From the NCBI GenBank assembly GCA_041391245.1, contig JAWKOJ010000004.1, forward strand, positions 691-64,690: a DNA stretch of 64,000 bases, in the 5' to 3' direction. Position 1 is the first letter of the stretch. Each line of letters opens with the position of its first letter. Source of the DNA: Caldilineales bacterium (GTDB lineage Bacteria; Chloroflexota; Anaerolineae; JAAEKA01). Positions 62,581 to 64,000 of this stretch are shown one piece after another. The position numbers and the translations under genes are program-made. Under the pieces are notes generated by a model. It was not told the DNA's origin. It made no database searches and saw nothing but the letters and a program-made list of their open reading frames with translations.

Positions 62581-64000
62581 CTAGGGTCTATGAGTGACCA
62601 ACGGCAGGTAGGTTGCGTGGGGCTGCCGCGTCAGGTCCAGCAGCACGTCCAGCCCGCCGTGGCCGTCGGCCACATAAACCAGGCCGTCCACTGCCACGTC
62701 CCATGCCTCGCCGGCCGTGTCGTAGCTGGCGGTCTGCATGGGCGCAGTGGGTGTGGACACGTCGATGCCGCGCAGGACGCCGTCGGCCAGATAGGCGGTC
62801 GAGCCATCCAAGGCAACGCCCAGCGCGAGACCGTGGGAGGACGCCGCACCGATGAACCTCGGATTGGCCGGATCGCTGATGTCAACGATACGCAGGCCGG
62901 AGTTGCGGCCGTCCGCCACGTATGCCAGGTCGCCGGACACGGCTACGTCCATGGACCATTTGCGCAGCCGGACGAAGCCGGTCTCCACTGGGTTGGTCGG
63001 ATCGGTGACATCCACAACCCGCAGGCCGCCGGGACCGTCGGCAACGTAGGCGAAGTTGCCCTGCACCGCGACGCCTTCGACGTTCCACTGCATCACCAGA
63101 TGACCCAGTTCGAACGGGTTGGTCGGGTCCGAGATGTCGAGGATCCGCAATCCGGCCACCTGGTCGGCCAGGTAGAGGCGGTCACCGGCGACCGCGCTGG
63201 CCGACGCCCAGCCGGGCAGATCGTAAAAGCCGATCTCGGTTGGTGCAGTGGGATCGCTGACATCCATGATGCGCAAGCCGGCCGTGGCTGCCGAGAGGTA
63301 GGCGAGGTCGTCGCGCACTGTCACGGCCTCGACGAAGTCAGGAAGCTCAGCGACGCCGACCTGGACCGGTTTCGACGGGTTGCTCACATCGGCGATGCGG
63401 AAGCCGTCCAGGCCTGATGCCAGATACGCGTAGCCGCCAGCAACCGCCAGCGATTCTGACGTAACCGGGTGGGTCGATCAGGCCGGACATTGCCGGCGAC
63501 GTGGGATCGGGAGCGGTGAAGGCGATCAGCGACAACGTGTCGGCAATGTATCCCTGCCCGGGCGCCTGATCTATGTCGCGGGCATCTCCGGGCGTCTCCA
63601 GGTGGCCCGTTTCCACCGGTAGCGCGGGGTTGCTGGCGTCGATGATGCGCAGCCCGCCCGGCCCGTCGGCTAGCTGAACCCTCATGCCGGACGCAGTCAT
63701 GAAGGCTGTCAGGTCGTACGCTACGCCGGGGCTGTCGAGCGATCCCACGATTGCAGGTGCGGTCGGATCGGCGATGTCCACGACCTGCAGTCCGCTGATG
63801 CTGTCGGCAACGTAGGCGTAGGTGTCATGCACGGCGACGCCGGCGGCAAAGTCCGGCGTCTGAACTGCGCCCAGCAGCACCGGATGGGCCGGGTCGCCCA
63901 GGCTGGCGATGCTCAGCCCGGCGCCGTCGGCTATGAAGAGGCGGCCCTCGCTGACGGCAACGCCCACGGGCGTCCCGCCGGTCTCCAGGGTGTCCACCAG
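62581..64000 (-). CDS. LVIVD-repeat beta-propeller protein (5' end beyond the window), frame break near 63466
   Basis: Repeats of the type '[25 protein letters not shown]', '[25 protein letters not shown]' and '[25 protein letters not shown]'. ORFs 63347..63997 and 62581..63387 join as '..GLIDPPG' | '[33 protein letters not shown]..'. The stop lies 16 nt upstream of the purL start. Confidence 0.8.

Overview
Visibly GC-rich bacterial chromosomal segment. Several features give an unverified impression of a Chloroflexota-like organism: YVTN and LVIVD propeller proteins, an Rpn/PD-(D/E)XK nuclease, 'PLPxGEG'-coding hairpin repeats, and a C-terminal 'LASFDA..NWETVSE..GFNLYR' domain.

Layout:
(i) 1.3-9.8 kb, minus strand: a tightly packed purine operon, purQ-purC-GNAT-purE-purF-purD-[rpn-like nuclease]-purM-purN.
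(ii) 10.2-59.4 kb, every gene on the plus strand: a lipid-type polyketide cluster followed by a secreted/transport module.
- Core PKS genes: FAAL-ACP-KS-AT-KR-ACP-TE(Cys)-ACP0-TE0; tandem PfaD-type ER-KS-AT-KR with no ACP; KS-AT-ACP-DH-PPTase; a free ACP.
- Tailoring genes: AlkP-family enzyme, alpha/beta-hydrolase, SDR-methyltransferase-SDR, two unknown propeller-like paralogues, GT1 glycosyltransferase, CDP-paratose-epimerase-like SDR, sugar nucleotidyltransferase, clan GH-A glycosidase, sulfotransferase.
- Secreted/transport module: lipase-like, Tat-DUF362, GPH/MFS permease, lipase-like.
- Two further secreted/surface proteins.
(iii) 59.4-62.6 kb, minus strand: a PurS-PurS-PurL fusion gene carrying a 204-bp in-frame MITE-like hairpin/tandem-repeat insertion.
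(iv) An LVIVD-repeat protein that runs off the window end.

The ~49.6-kb plus-strand block sits exactly between purL and purQ, which are normally neighbours. I saw no rRNA, tRNA or CRISPR. I found nine reading-frame breaks (FAAL x3, KR, two secreted proteins, purL x2, LVIVD gene), mostly in short runs or low-complexity GC. They look more like assembly indels than gene decay, but this cannot be settled from the sequence alone. All family assignments rest on motifs read by eye; no searches were run.
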